Positions 1 to 12,110 of a stretch of DNA of 64,000 nucleotides are shown here, in pieces; the stretch's first letter is position 1, and every line of letters starts with the position of its first letter. The stretch is from Takakia lepidozioides (lineage: Eukaryota > Plantae > Bryophyta), in contig CM060732.1 of the NCBI GenBank assembly GCA_030704615.1, positions 74,214,001 through 74,278,000 of the forward strand, in the 5' to 3' direction. The position numbers and the translations under genes were made by a program. The notes beneath the pieces were generated by a model. It saw nothing but the letters and a program-made list of their open reading frames with translations. It had not been told where the DNA came from and did no database searches.

Positions 1-527
1 ATTTTGTGCGAAGTTCCTGGTTTCATGTCCGTGGTGGCTGATATGGAATTCGGAATACGGCAGTCGCAGTGGACCTAATGTTGTTGGCATGGGAGTAGCA
101 AAATGATTCCTAAAGAATTCAGCTACTTGAATATCGACAGTATGAAACACCTTGCAGTACATATGATTCTTGAGATTGTTTGCACGGATTATTTGTGATT
201 GTGCTTTCAAGTGGCGAACATTTCCGCCATGGTACGGAAGAGGTGCATTGGCCTCATTAAACGGTTGATGTGATACCATTTCACAAATGTATCACATCGC
301 ATTTGTGAAAATGTATCACATGAACCGTTCCATGTGGCCTACGGGAGTCTTCGATGGGTACGAGATCAATGTGGCCTACGAGATCTGTTTCCACCAACAA
401 ACATGTGATCATTTCAGAAGCGCTAGAACTTTGAAGCGACGATGGGCAAGGTTCTTCATCCAGATGTTCAACATGTTGAGGTCTTCTGTAATGTCTCTTG
501 CTTCGTAATGAGGTGCTTCTCCAACTC

Positions 528-3367
528 TTATTTTTTCAATGTTAATATCTTCCATCTGGAACATATCCACACATGCGTATATAAAGACTTAAAAAACCAA
601 ATGACCATCAAAACTGTAAGCTGGGGATGAGGCTTACAAAAGTGGAGATGGTCATTTGTTTTTTTAAGGATTTCTGCACACATGTGTGGGGAGCTGTCAT
701 GCAGGGAAACACGAGGCTTCGAGAAGTTATCACGGTCTGCCCTGTGGGAATCTGAATCCAAACCAGGTGGAGTGTTCAATTTCCTCTTACAGGAGCCGAA
801 TCTCTCCTCCCCTTCAAGATGTGGAACTCTAGAAACAAGTGGCGTTCCCTGGGCATACATGCTCACCGCCCGTGCTATCTTGATTGGATCCCTAGATCTG
901 TTTGCAGCACGCAACATCAACTCTCATTTGTCCATACCCTTGCCACCAACCCCACCTTGTAAGAAATCACGATATCAGGTTTGTTGTTGCAAGGCACGTA
1001 TCAAATCATCTGTTGTTGCCACATACAAATCCCGACCTCGTTTCCCAGACTGCTGCAACCATGCGTTGTGCACAGTTTCTGCCAAATTGCAAGATGGCAT
1101 GTCCACCATTTCCTCAATGGACATGTTCTGTAAAGTGCAGAACCACACTTCAAAACAGTGAACAGAAAACAACATAAAGTAAGCGATGACACAATAAAAT
1201 GGAAAGCAAATGTATGAATGAAGCAATAAATATAAGCCTCGTACCAATGGCATGGCTGCTCCCTACTGTCTATACCGGAAGTGCCAAAACGCCAGCCAAT
1301 CTTCCAATGCTCTCATACTCTCAAGTGATGCAGCTCCAGATGAGAACCACCAGGCACGAATTGTCTGGAACAAAGTGTTCGCCTCCTTCATTGTTCTAGC
1401 ATCTTTGTACTCTTTGCACAATTTACGGTGCTGAGTCTGCATCTCTGGTTTGATGTCCGACTTTGTATGTTTTTCCAGAGATTGTGTCCAATGGAATAGA
1501 CATGTACGCTCTCTTCCTGGCATAGGCACTTTTGGGTCGCCCGATCCGAAGACAATATGAACAGCTTTGAAATTTGCTTGAGCACTATCCGTCATGAAAC
1601 CTGCGAAATTTGGAGACGGCAGCCCATGACACGTATCAGGGAATTCCACATGAGCTTCTGGGATTCCGTATCCTCGAATTGCATGTCACAAACTGCAATT
1701 GTCATAACTCGTTGGTACATTGGATCGTAGACATGACAAGCCATTGTTGTCCAATCCTTCACTCGTTTCACATGATCAAACATAAGAAAAGAGTTCTGCA
1801 AGTCCCCAGTCTTCTGCATCCGCTTCACGAGGCTAACCCCACTGCCCTCCCCAACAGTCAACATTTTGAAAAGAAAAACTTTGATGGCACCTTGACCTGG
1901 GAATACATTGTCCTGGATGTAATCGTACTTGCTCACTCGTTTCAATTCCAAAATGTTGTCTATGTAGCCTCTGATCCCAGAGCCCATTCTCAATGCATTG
2001 ATCCGATGCCGAATGTTAGGTGAACTTAAAGTGGAGAAATGATCCATGACCAGGTCCAATGTTGCACCATCAAGTTTAGTCCCCACAGAATCCCCTTCAC
2101 TCAAAATATGGCTTTCCAAGAAGGACTTGCTTGCGCCAAGAGCAATTGCAGATGTTGTTGCGGATGGATTTCTCCCGAACTCCTATTTAATCAACCTCGA
2201 TACTGTCTCAACACTCTCCCTGTAATCCCCCTTCGAGACAGGATGGTTATGGAATCCGAAATGCACACAAGCTCTTGTCATTATTTTCAAACGGTGGACA
2301 ACATAGTACATTCTTGCTCCGCAGAGCGCCAAGCAGGATGACACAAGTTTGTAGAATTTGCAGACGAAAGTGTTTGCCGGTGGAGGGGCAGTCCCAGGCT
2401 GAAATGGATTTTCCGCCAGACCCTCCCATTCGCTTTGATTATGAAAACCAGACTGAAGAAAGTGTCTGCAATTCAAATTATCACACCTAAGGTGTCCATT
2501 GCAAACTGTCCTCCTGAAAACAAGCTTGTCATCATTCTGAATATTGGATGTTTTTGTTCTGCACCATGGGTGCCCGTCGTGTTTCTTGTCCATTCCATGC
2601 ATCATGATTGTTACACCTCCAACTCGCGGAGGAGGAGGCAGCTCGAATAGGATATCGCCATCAAAAGTCTCCGGCAAGAACTTCACAGGCACCTGCTTCA
2701 AAGATTCCCAATCAATTCCCCGCAACTCACTTTTGAATCTAGCCATTCATCCCATCGCCCGCAATTTTGGAATGACACTACAAATCTCTTCTTCATCAGC
2801 TTCTCCAACCAAAGTAGGAAGGACTGGATTTGGAATTTCACTTATGTCATCATCGGACGAATCCGAAAGCTCAACGATTGGAGTGGAGGACGTCTGTTCT
2901 TTTTTCACCACCACCTCCCTCTTGTCTTCAACGACCGAAGCAGCAGTCCCGGGCGTCACATATGACCCAAGGGACTTTCGCCGAGGCTCTCCAAGTACTC
3001 TATATCGACCAGGACGCACTCTCCACTGGCTGATATGAGCCGTCTCATCACGGTTTTGGAAAGAGTATTTCAACAACTTCCCTTTAAGATCGTACACCTC
3101 TTTCTTCAAAAAGATGGAGATATTCTGCAGCTGAAAACGGGTAGCCAAGACATGTTCCAGAACAATTGCAAATCCATTGTCAAGGACTTCCTGGGAGAAC
3201 GACACTTTTTTGTCGTCAGAGAAGAACTCCGCTTCAAAGGAAGCCATCTTCCTTCCTCGCGTACGTTTATACCTTGCTATCGCAGATCTAGTGTAAATCG
3301 GTTTACTGATGTCTCCAAAACACAATTGAAGAATGAGCAGAGAATATGGCGGAGGAAACTCAGACAA
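528..3367 (-). pseudogene. MULE-like DDE transposase with WRKY/GCM1-like Zn DNA-binding domain, disrupted (copy 1)
   Basis: Consecutive ORF pieces give: HDGHPWCRTKT...CxGHLRC...CxARMYY...HFGFHNHP (Zn-binding DBD); FLMFDHVK (D1); GFMTDSAQAN (D2); CLFHW (CxxH); CNLAETVH (E). In-frame stops at 2747 and 2183, a frameshift near 1640, and probable introns near 1160-1262 and 920-975. Confidence 0.8.
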
Positions 3368-4020
3368 TGACTGTGCATATTATGTTATTCTTTCCAGATA
3401 TGCAGCCGTCCATTTTAATTACTTTTCTTGTGGCCCAGTGCTCAGAGTATCCCTAGGAGCAGTGTCGGCAGCTGTTAAACCGTTAATCAGAACCTCATCA
3501 ATAAACCCAATAACAAAGCCGACTTCCTGGAAGCATGCCACAAGATCTAAGGATGGGATTGCAGATTAAGTAAATGTATCTTTATACTACTACCAATGAT
3601 CATGCGCACATGGAAAGTTCCAAATGTGAAACGAATGTGGGGTTTGGCTAACAAGGATGACCGTGTATGATATTCCAAAATTTGTCATCAAACTCTCGTT
3701 CATTTACATTTATTTGTGTAAGACTGTGCGCTAAGATTTCTGGGATTCGCTGTTATTTTTAAATATTGAAACCGTTCTAATAAAGAACACGCTGTTTATT
3801 TTGGGCGACACACGTCAGACATCCATAACTGAATACGAACAGCTGTACACCAATTGCTGGCATGTGCACTAATAAGGGAACGACTATGTGTAACGGTCAC
3901 GCGAGAGGGAATCCGATGCTTCTAGAGACAAGCAACAACGCAGGCAATCCCGCAATAAATCGGGAGTCACTGCGTTTTTCTACTTTTCGCGCTTAGAGGG
4001 AGAGTGGTAGTCAAGCTACT

Positions 4021-5762
4021 GTGAGGTCCAAGCCTACAGGATTAGAGGGGAAGGGATCTGGAGATGGGGACGAGTCCGGAAAAAGCTCAGAGAATACAGA
4101 TGAAGCAGATGAATCTGAAGTGCACTACCTTGACAAGGTGAAAGAACTCAGGTCATTCCAGAAGGTAAACTCTCAGGAGGTTATAAGGGACATGCTCGTA
4201 TCTGGAGGGCGTCTGGACATCCCTCTGTGCCGGATGATATCTATGTCTGTTGTGCGTCCACCTCTTTCCCATGACATAACAAAATTGGAGAGTGATTTTG
4301 TGCATGGATATAGACTTGGTGCACAAGTTTTTTATGTGTCACTAACGGATATAAATGGGAAAAGCACATTAGTGTCTCCAGAGATCAATGATAACTGGGA
4401 TGAGTGCTAGAAAGATGCCAATGAGGAGTTCGAGCTGGGCCTCATGATGGGAAAGAACACCCAGCAATTCTGCAACCACATGTTCTACGTCTGGGACGGC
4501 AACCACCGATTGCTGGCATGGATGGGATACATTCAGAAACACCATGCGAAAGACAAAGACAAGCATGTTGCTGTGGAGGCAATGGTTTTGGATCCTGGAA
4601 ACGACATCGCTAGGCTTCTTACAGCTATGCACGACGTGAACAAGTAAGTCATCCAGGAGATTTCATTCCCTCTGTAGTGTCTTATTAATCCCCAAAAAAC
4701 AGTGTTAATGAATGCAATGTTTCCAATGTTTTTGCAGATCGACAGAGAAATCGCATGTGACAACAAGCTTGGTCCACACACTATTCCGAATTCAGAGGAT
4801 TGGTCTGATGAAGCTGGATGATTTTCGGACAGTACTCCCACCCAATATAATCAAGAAGTGCGAAACAGGAAGAGCTGCAGACACTTGGTATTCTTTGACA
4901 CGAGAGGCGTTTCTGGAGTACATGTATGCGGTAAGCCCGAGTCTGTACTCAGTTTACTTTTCGAATACATGTTTGTAGTCCCTTCGGTGCTAATCACTAC
5001 TTGAATCAATGCAGCAAGAAATGGGAGAGGCAGCTGAGAAGGGAAAATCCGAATATTACCGTACTACACCAGAGGAACTAAGGACATCAAAGGGTGTGGA
5101 AGCTGCAATAAAGAAGGAGTTTGAAATGCGAAGAACCAAATTGATGTCCGCCTTCGGAAAGCAGCTTAGAATAGTAGATCCTGGACTTGGTTCTGAGTTC
5201 CTTCAGCAGATCAAAACACACTATGACAAGCATGTGCATCCGGAGATGCAGCAGGAGAAATTGCACCGGCTGGCCATATCGATGGTCGACCCACAAACAA
5301 AAATAAGGTGGTTGGAGATATGGAACTCAGATCAAACAGTAAATTACTTGAATCAGTTCCCAAAGAGCACCATACAGCCTGGCACAAAGGTGGAAGGAAT
5401 CAGTGATTTGGTGTTTGATAACTGGCTCCACAAGGCTACATTTTGGAGTCAGGTGTGTATTCAAATATGCCGTTTTTTTTCCTTCAAGTATGTGATGAGT
5501 ATCTTATTTGCAATTCTGACAAATATACAATTTGCAGCTCGAAAAGCGCGTCGTCATTGTGCTGGATCAGACTTTGAAGGACCTGAACATTTCGATTGTT
5601 TCCCCTCCCCAAATGTCATTGGAGGCATACATAAGGAAGTGGAGAGGTCTCACCTGGAGATACTGTTTTTTCCGGGAGTTCTCCAAAGATGGTAACATTT
5701 TACGGTCCAACAACTTTGACAGTCAGGTTGGAGGAGAGTGGGCCAAAATGATTGAACCGTGA
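4021..5762 (+). pseudogene. Transposon-borne protein with N-terminal ParB/Srx-like domain (DGNHR motif)
   Basis: IPLCRMISMSVVR...ITKLESDFVHGY...VFYVS...FYVWDGNHRLLAW...VEAMVL...LLTAMHDVN follows the ParB N-terminal motif order. GT-AG introns at about 4644-4737, 4931-5013 and 5452-5537. A TAG at 4408 sits in an otherwise continuous frame. The 3' end appears truncated near 5760. Confidence 0.65.
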
Positions 5763-6149
5763 ACAAGTGTGTGAAACTGACCAATACAAAACCGACAAAA
5801 CCTCCCCCCCCCAAATAATCACCTTTGCACCTCCTGTTGGCAGTGTCAAGCAACGAAGTCCGAAAGGACTACCGGATGCCAAGGAACCGCACCACGAGAG
5901 GGGTAAAAGTGATCAGAAAAGGAGGGGGAAATGGTTTACATAGGCGCCCAACAGCCCCCCCCTAAAAAAAATGGCATTATGTTTGAAAATGCGCGACATG
6001 CCAGTGGCGCCTCGCCACGCACACCCACATGGGAGAGGTCAAGGGTTCAAAACCACCTCCCCCCATCCCATTTGTTTCGTTTTTCCTGACCCTTGGCACC
6101 TCGTCATGTGGCTGGCCAGGCGCCGCTTCATGATTAAAAAATTAAAAAC

Positions 6150-6880
6150 AAAACGCCAAACGGCGGGTCCCTGGATTTCTAAGAAAAAAAAAAAACACTC
6201 GATCGCCGCATGGCAGTCGCTGCTTTTTAAAAAAAAATATTAAATAAGCGACCGCCTACTGGCGGTCGCTTAATTTGGCGATTCAAAATATAAATAAGCG
6301 ACCGCCGCTAAATGACGGTTGCTTCATTTAAAAAAATATGTTAAGTAAGCGACCGCCAAACGGCGGTCGTTTAATTTAAGAATCAAAATCAAATCGAGCG
6401 ACCGCCTCCAAATGGCGGTCGCTGCATTTTTCAAAAATTAACTGAAGAAGCAACCACCAAACGGCGGTCGCTTTATTTAAGAATAAAAATAAAAATAAGC
6501 GACCGCTGCTAAATGGCGGTCGCTAAATTTAAAATATATATATAGCGACCGCCACATGGCGGTCACTGTATTTTTACAGAATATATCAAAGATATAATAA
6601 TAATAATATAATAAAGTGCGAGCGACCGCCAATCTGGGCGGTCGCTTCATTTCAAACATAATAAACTTCAACCGATCGCCAATATAGGCGGTCGCTTATT
6701 TTAAAATATAATAAAATACAAGTGACCGCCAATATGGGCGGTCGCTTCATTTATAAATAAATAAATTACTGGCGACCGCCAATATAGGCGGTCGCTTAAT
6801 TTAACAAAATATTAAATTACAAGCGACCGCCAATATGGGCGGTCGCTTTTATTTTTAAAATAATAAATTATATAGGCGGA
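6150..6880. repeat. Subterminal array of about 13 palindromes GCGACCGCC-(n3-6)-GGCGGTCGC with AT-rich spacers
   Basis: Directly visible, with about 50-bp periodicity (e.g. 6248, 6298, 6349, 6398, 6499, 6545, 6622, 6772, 6823). Confidence 0.9.
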
Positions 6881-7094
6881 CACATTTTTTAAAAAGAATT
6901 AATAAATATTAATAATTGGCCACGTCTGTTTTACCTTGTGGCTATCATATCATTACAAATGGTAGAAATAAATCGTAAAAGTCAAATATAAAAAAAATTA
7001 CATGGGTAAACGTCCGGATTCGACGTGACGTGACGCACGTCGGAAGTGACGGCCGATGTGTCAGCGCCACGTCACGTCAGGAATGATAACTAGG

Positions 7095-10000
7095 AAACAA
7101 TTTGCTTACCGTGAGAGTGTTAAGGAACGTGCTCTAATCCAAGAAGAAGTCCAGAAAATGCTTGATGCTGGCGTGATTAAGCCTTCAGTTTGTCCTTGGG
7201 CCAGTCCGATTGTCCTGGTTGGTAAAAAAGATGACACCACCCATTTCTGTGTTGACTTCAAAAAGCTGAATGACATCACAAAAAAAGATGCATACCCACT
7301 ACCCAGGATTAATGAGACCTTGGATCAATTGCATGGTGCCACAATTTTTTCTTCTCTTGATCTTGCGTCTGGCTTTTGGCAAGTTCTTCTTACTGAAGCT
7401 GCCAAGGAAAAAACCTCATTTGTGTGTCGCATGGGCAAATACCAATATGAGACCATGCCTTTTGGTTTATGCAATGTCACCTCTACTTTCCAACGCCTCA
7501 TGGACATTGTCTTGGGCAATCTTCGCTGGGAGTGTGTTTTAATTTATGTCGATGATATCAATGTTTACTCAGCCAGTTTTGATGCTCACTTAGCTGATCT
7601 TAAGCGTGTTTTCAGCAAATTGCGCATTGCAGGTCTCAAAGTAAAGCCCAAGAAATGTGAGCTATTCATGCCTGAGCTGCACTTCCTTGGTCATGTTCTG
7701 TCCAAAGATGGTTTGTTTCCTGATCCTGCCAAGCTTGAGTCTGTTTGGGGCTTTCATATCCATAGGGATAAACATTGTATCAAATCCTTCCTTGGTCTGG
7801 CTTCTTATTATAGGCGCTTCATAAAGAACTTTGTCAAGCTTGCTCACCCTCTAACCAAGGTGTTGTGCAAAGATGCCAGGTTTGAATGGACCTTCTCCCA
7901 GCAGGCTGCTTTTGACACCCTTCGCAAGGCTTTGTGTTCAGCTCCCAACTTGATGTTTCCTAATTTTGAGTTACATTTCTTGCTTCAGACTGATGCATCA
8001 GATGTTGCCATCTCTGCAATCTTATGTCAAGTTGTAGAAGGCAAGGAGCATGTAATAGCCTATGCATCTCGTCGTCTAGATCGTCATGAAAGAAATTATT
8101 CCATATCTGATAAGGAGGGTCTAGCCCTGGTTTTTGGTGTGTAGCATTTCAGGCAATATTTACATGGCAGCCGGTTTGTGGTAGAGACTGATCATCTTCC
8201 ACTAAAGGCTCTTGTCAAGCCAAGGGAACTTCATGGCAGATTTGCTAGATGGGCTATGTACCTGCAAGAATTTGACATGGATATAGTCTACAAAAAGGGC
8301 AAGAAAAACACGAATGCTGATGCACTCACACGGGTTGATCCTCCTGTCAGCAGGCCTATGCTCACTTTGGATGACCTTGTTGCTGCTGATGCTACCCCTC
8401 CTCCTGATGCTACCCCTCTTCTCAACCTTCTTTGCAAGATCAGCAACCCTTGGCCCTCGATTCTCATGTCATATTGGCTGCTTGGGGCTGGTCTAGCCTA
8501 TTAGATGATCCTGGTTGATTTATTCGTGTGTTAGTATGTGTGGTGGATCTATCGCTTTGCGAGAATTCGGATAGTTTGGTGGAAGTTCCTTGTTGTGTTT
8601 CAGTCCTTCTCTTTCCTAGGCCCCCGAATTTGTTGTGATTCGGCTGCTGCACTCCACTATGACTTTTGGCTTGAGCCTCAAGGCCTGATTTGGCTGTCCA
8701 TGAGTAGTAACAAATGAGGTGAAGGTATCCCTGGCTGGAGATCATAGGTGCAGGCACTCCAGACCACCTTCTCTACAAACCCATTGTCTACCTTTTATGT
8801 GCAGTGCAGTCATGGATGATCAGCTATATGCTGCGCTACTCCAGCGATGCCAATCAGGGCGTTCGCCGGCTGGCTTTTCCGAGTCCTTGCGTAAACAAAT
8901 TCTCTATCATGTGTCTACTCACCGTTTTATGGGTAATAAGCTTTTCAAGGAGCTCACTAGAGGGGGAGTGTCATGCTACTTGGAGGTGCCACCATGGAGC
9001 CAGCTGAATGCTTTATTGGAGCGTTTCCATTGTTCCTTATATGCAGGTCACCTTGGTATCAAGAAAACTGTGGCCCGCATCCAAGAGGTATACTATTGGC
9101 TGGGAATTCACCAAGACGTCACCGAGTTTTATCTCTAAGTGTGAAGGTTGTCGTGCTAACATTGCTCTCCCTAGGGCCCGGATCTTGTATGAGCTGCAGC
9201 CTTTGTCTATCACCCATGCTTTTGCTCGTATTGGCATTGACTTGGTAGGACCCCTCGCACTCACATCAAAGGGTCGAAGCTACATTTGTGTTGCTATCGA
9301 TTACTTGACTAAGTGGGTAGAAGTCTGGCCTTTGCGTTCCAAGGCTAGTGATGTTGTAGCTCAGTTCTTCTTCAATGAGATCCTTATGCGGCATGGGTGT
9401 CCTCGGGAGATACTAACGGATCAGGGCAAGGAGTTTTGTAACCAGCTCCTCACGGTGGTTTGCTTCAACTTTGGTGTCAAGCATTCCACCACCGCCCCAT
9501 ACCATCCCCAGACCAATGGCCCTACGGAACGCTTCAACCAAACTCTTTGCCGAATGTTGGAGAAGACTGGCGCACTTACCAGGGAGTGGGATACCTTTCT
9601 TCCCCCTATTCTTTTTGCTTATCGCACCGCCGTGCATGCTAGCACCAAGAAGACTCTTTTTGAGTTGTTGTATGGTCGCAAGTGTGTTTCTCCTTTGCAT
9701 TCTACCCCTCTTATCTCTACTGTTGCTGATCCGGTTGATCTTGAGATCTTTGTTGAGGATCTTCATGCTCGACATGCGGTGTCTATCCATGATGCTAAGA
9801 CGAACATTGGTAAGGCTCAACTAACCCAGACCCGTAATTTTAACAAGCGTGTCAAGTATTCTAACCTGTTTCAGGTGGGACAGACCGTGTGCGTTCGATT
9901 ACAACATGGCAAACATGCATGCAAATCTAAGCTCAAGATCGACGATCCATACTTGATCTATCATATTTTACGTGGGCGACGTGCTCTTCTTCTTCCCCAA

Positions 10001-10111
10001 GGCTCTAACACTGAAGTGCGGGATGAACTTGTTTCCTTGACGGACTTGGTGCATTCTGAGCTAGTTTTTGATCTCACATGTATCAATGTGGAGGGGCGCA
10101 TGGTGGGGTGA
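7095..10111 (+). mobile_element. Ty3/Gypsy pol (RT-RNaseH-integrase), degenerate, 5' part separated by the DNA transposon
   Basis: RT motifs PWASPIVLV, LDLASGFWQ, MPFGL, YVDD. RNase H motifs QTDAS, IAYASR, TDHLPL. Integrase motifs GHLGIKKT, IDLVGP, TDQGKEF, HPQTNG. Stop at 8142 and frameshifts. Confidence 0.93.
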
Positions 10112-10423
10112 TGTATTGATCTTCTTAGCGATCTACTTCAGCTTACTCCACTTCTCTTCTCAGCGGCTTAGTCTTAGTTTGCGGCTGATGCCTCTTGGGG
10201 TCCTCGGACTTGACCTCTCTAGGACTTAGAACATTTTATGACATCTCACCATTTGTACTCCCTGCACGGTTTTCCTAGCCAGGGGTTTTGTCCTCGGCGC
10301 ACCTTGCAGGTGCCAGGTTTTCCCTTGGTAGGTTTTTCACCCAGCAGTGGAGGGTGATATTTTCCTAATTATTGTCTTCCTTCGCGGAGCTCAGGTTTTT
10401 TCGTGGGGGGTAGGCTTCACAGA

Positions 10424-10876
10424 TGTAAAGCCCCATATTTGCTCAGCCGGAAAATAGCCCGTTTCATCCAAAACGGCGATACAGATCCATAGTATATTTT
10501 TCTTTGGCGTATGAAGCCGTTAAACCGTTACAATGATATTTAGGTTAGGGTTAGTTTTTGCAGGTGGCTCGATCCTGGCCATTCATCTGATCTAGGGCCA
10601 CAAGGCAGCGCCGTGGGCTTTGGCCTGTGATGCCTCGCCACTCGGCGGGCCACTACCGCTAGGGCTTTTTGTATAAAGACGGCGCCCTGACACAAGGTCA
10701 GGGCGGTGTACTCGGGTGTTGGTGTATATGTGAATTTGGTGTACAAGTTTTGGATGAGAGCTGCTTAGTGCATGATTCGTGTGTTTGATCCTCCTCTCGC
10801 GCGTTGCTTGCTCTTTGCGCTCGCCCCTTTGTTGTGCAATTCTTGAGAGGAAAGGAGTATATGCTTCAGACTTGTC
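10424..10876 (+). repeat. Probable 3' LTR (partial) of the upstream Gypsy element
   Basis: G-rich tract at about 10404-10413 downstream of integrase, followed by TGTAAAG. No partner LTR in the window, so both boundaries are approximate. Confidence 0.3.
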
Positions 10877-11661
10877 TTAAGGGTTCACAGGCCGCAAACA
10901 GGTAGAGTGAAAAAAAATATTTATTAAAAAAATAAAATAAAAAATAAAATTCACTCGTTTCGTGGGACCTTGAGGTGGTTGACTCGGGCTTGACCGCCGA
11001 TCCAACCCTAGAGCATGCTGTCGATGGTGAGGCTGGGTTGATGACCAGTCAGACCATCTTTGTTTCACCTGTGGTGAGGTTGTAGGTGATGACCAGTCAA
11101 CTATAGGAGTGCCTACGGTGGATGCAGGTGCAGGTTATGTTAGGAACCTAGTATTCCAAACCATAAGCCGCATCAGGTTCTCTACTCGGTTACCTTGTAC
11201 TGGAGAGGGGGTTAGAGACAGGTTCATGACCGGTTGAGTGTCTGTTTGTCAACACGGAGGTGCCACTAGTTGCTGGGGAAAGTGCTGGTACGAGCACCTA
11301 GCGATACTAGCGGGTATACGAGATGAGGTGCGCGGTTTAGGCCACCTTCACCTCCTGTGCCTTCTACGGAAGGTTCTGATTCGGATTGTGAATCAGGAGG
11401 ACTCACACCCGCAGTGCAAGTTGTTCCTTGCCATTGTTGTGGGACACGATGGAGGAGATGTATGGAGCTACCAAGGGGCCACAAAGGTACTCTGGGGCGG
11501 TGGGCACCATTGAGTTGAATGATTTCATTTAAGAGTTTGATAGTTGGTGTGACTTGCAGCAAATGCGCAATTCACAACTGTTTACGTCTTTCATGGCATG
11601 GAAGCGGCTGTTTCAGCACATTGAGGGGCCGCCTATGGATGATTACCATGAGTTTAGGCGG

Positions 11662-12110
11662 GGGTCACGGGCTCATCGTCCACGGTTATGGTGGACTAAC
11701 TTGATGCCACCCGCACTGCTCAAGCGTGCATTTGATGGGGTGCAGCGGCCAACATACCTCACAGTGGATAACATTTTGGACACAGGGAGGCAGTCTCAGC
11801 GTGTGAGACACGATGACCGTTCGCCTTTGGCAGTGGTCGACAAGGTGGGTCAACCACGAGCAGCACTACCTACACTGCTCAACTTCCCAGGATCACATGC
11901 TTTCCGGGATAGTGGACCTGGCCTCCTGTGGGATGCTCAGCTGCAGCAGTTAGTGGAGCCTAATGCCGACGAGCGAGAGTGGGCTATGGGTTTTTCCACT
12001 GGGACCACGGCGGTGCCTTCTCTTTCTGAGGCATCACGTCGTCAGGTGTTGGGGCAAGCGATGGATCTCAATTGCTTGACTTGGATTATCAGCTTGGCTA
12101 TGGCTGAGCA
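11662..12110 (+). pseudogene. C-terminal half of a C5 cytosine DNA methyltransferase (DNMT3/DRM-like motifs VIII-X) inside the Gypsy polyprotein
   Basis: GSRAHRPRLWWTNL (motif VIII-like), EPNADEREWAMGFSTGTT (motif IX-like) and SEASRRQVLGQAMDL (motif X-like). Motifs I, IV and VI are not seen, because a gag-like segment is fused directly upstream. Confidence 0.7.

Larger units (their letters stand above)
1..7094. mobile_element. Large MULE-like DNA transposon, copy 1 (left part extends beyond the window)
   Basis: Contains a DDE transposase pseudogene (-), a divergent partner gene (+), a subterminal palindrome array (6150-6880) and TGACG-rich terminal repeats (7010-7080). It ends at ...GATAACTAGG, directly followed by a Gypsy pol frame resuming mid-ORF (KQFAYRES). 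Confidence 0.8.

Noticed and set aside
4021-5762. Bacterial contamination or recent horizontal transfer as the source of the ParB-like gene
   Set aside because: The gene has GT-AG introns shared with the homologue at 46-47 kb and is embedded among plant retroelements. An ancient origin is not excluded.
6150-6880. CRISPR-like appearance of spaced palindromic repeats (also 37655-38240)
   Set aside because: Spacers are low-complexity AT tracts, repeat loops vary, there are no cas genes, the context is eukaryotic, and the arrays sit at transposon ends.
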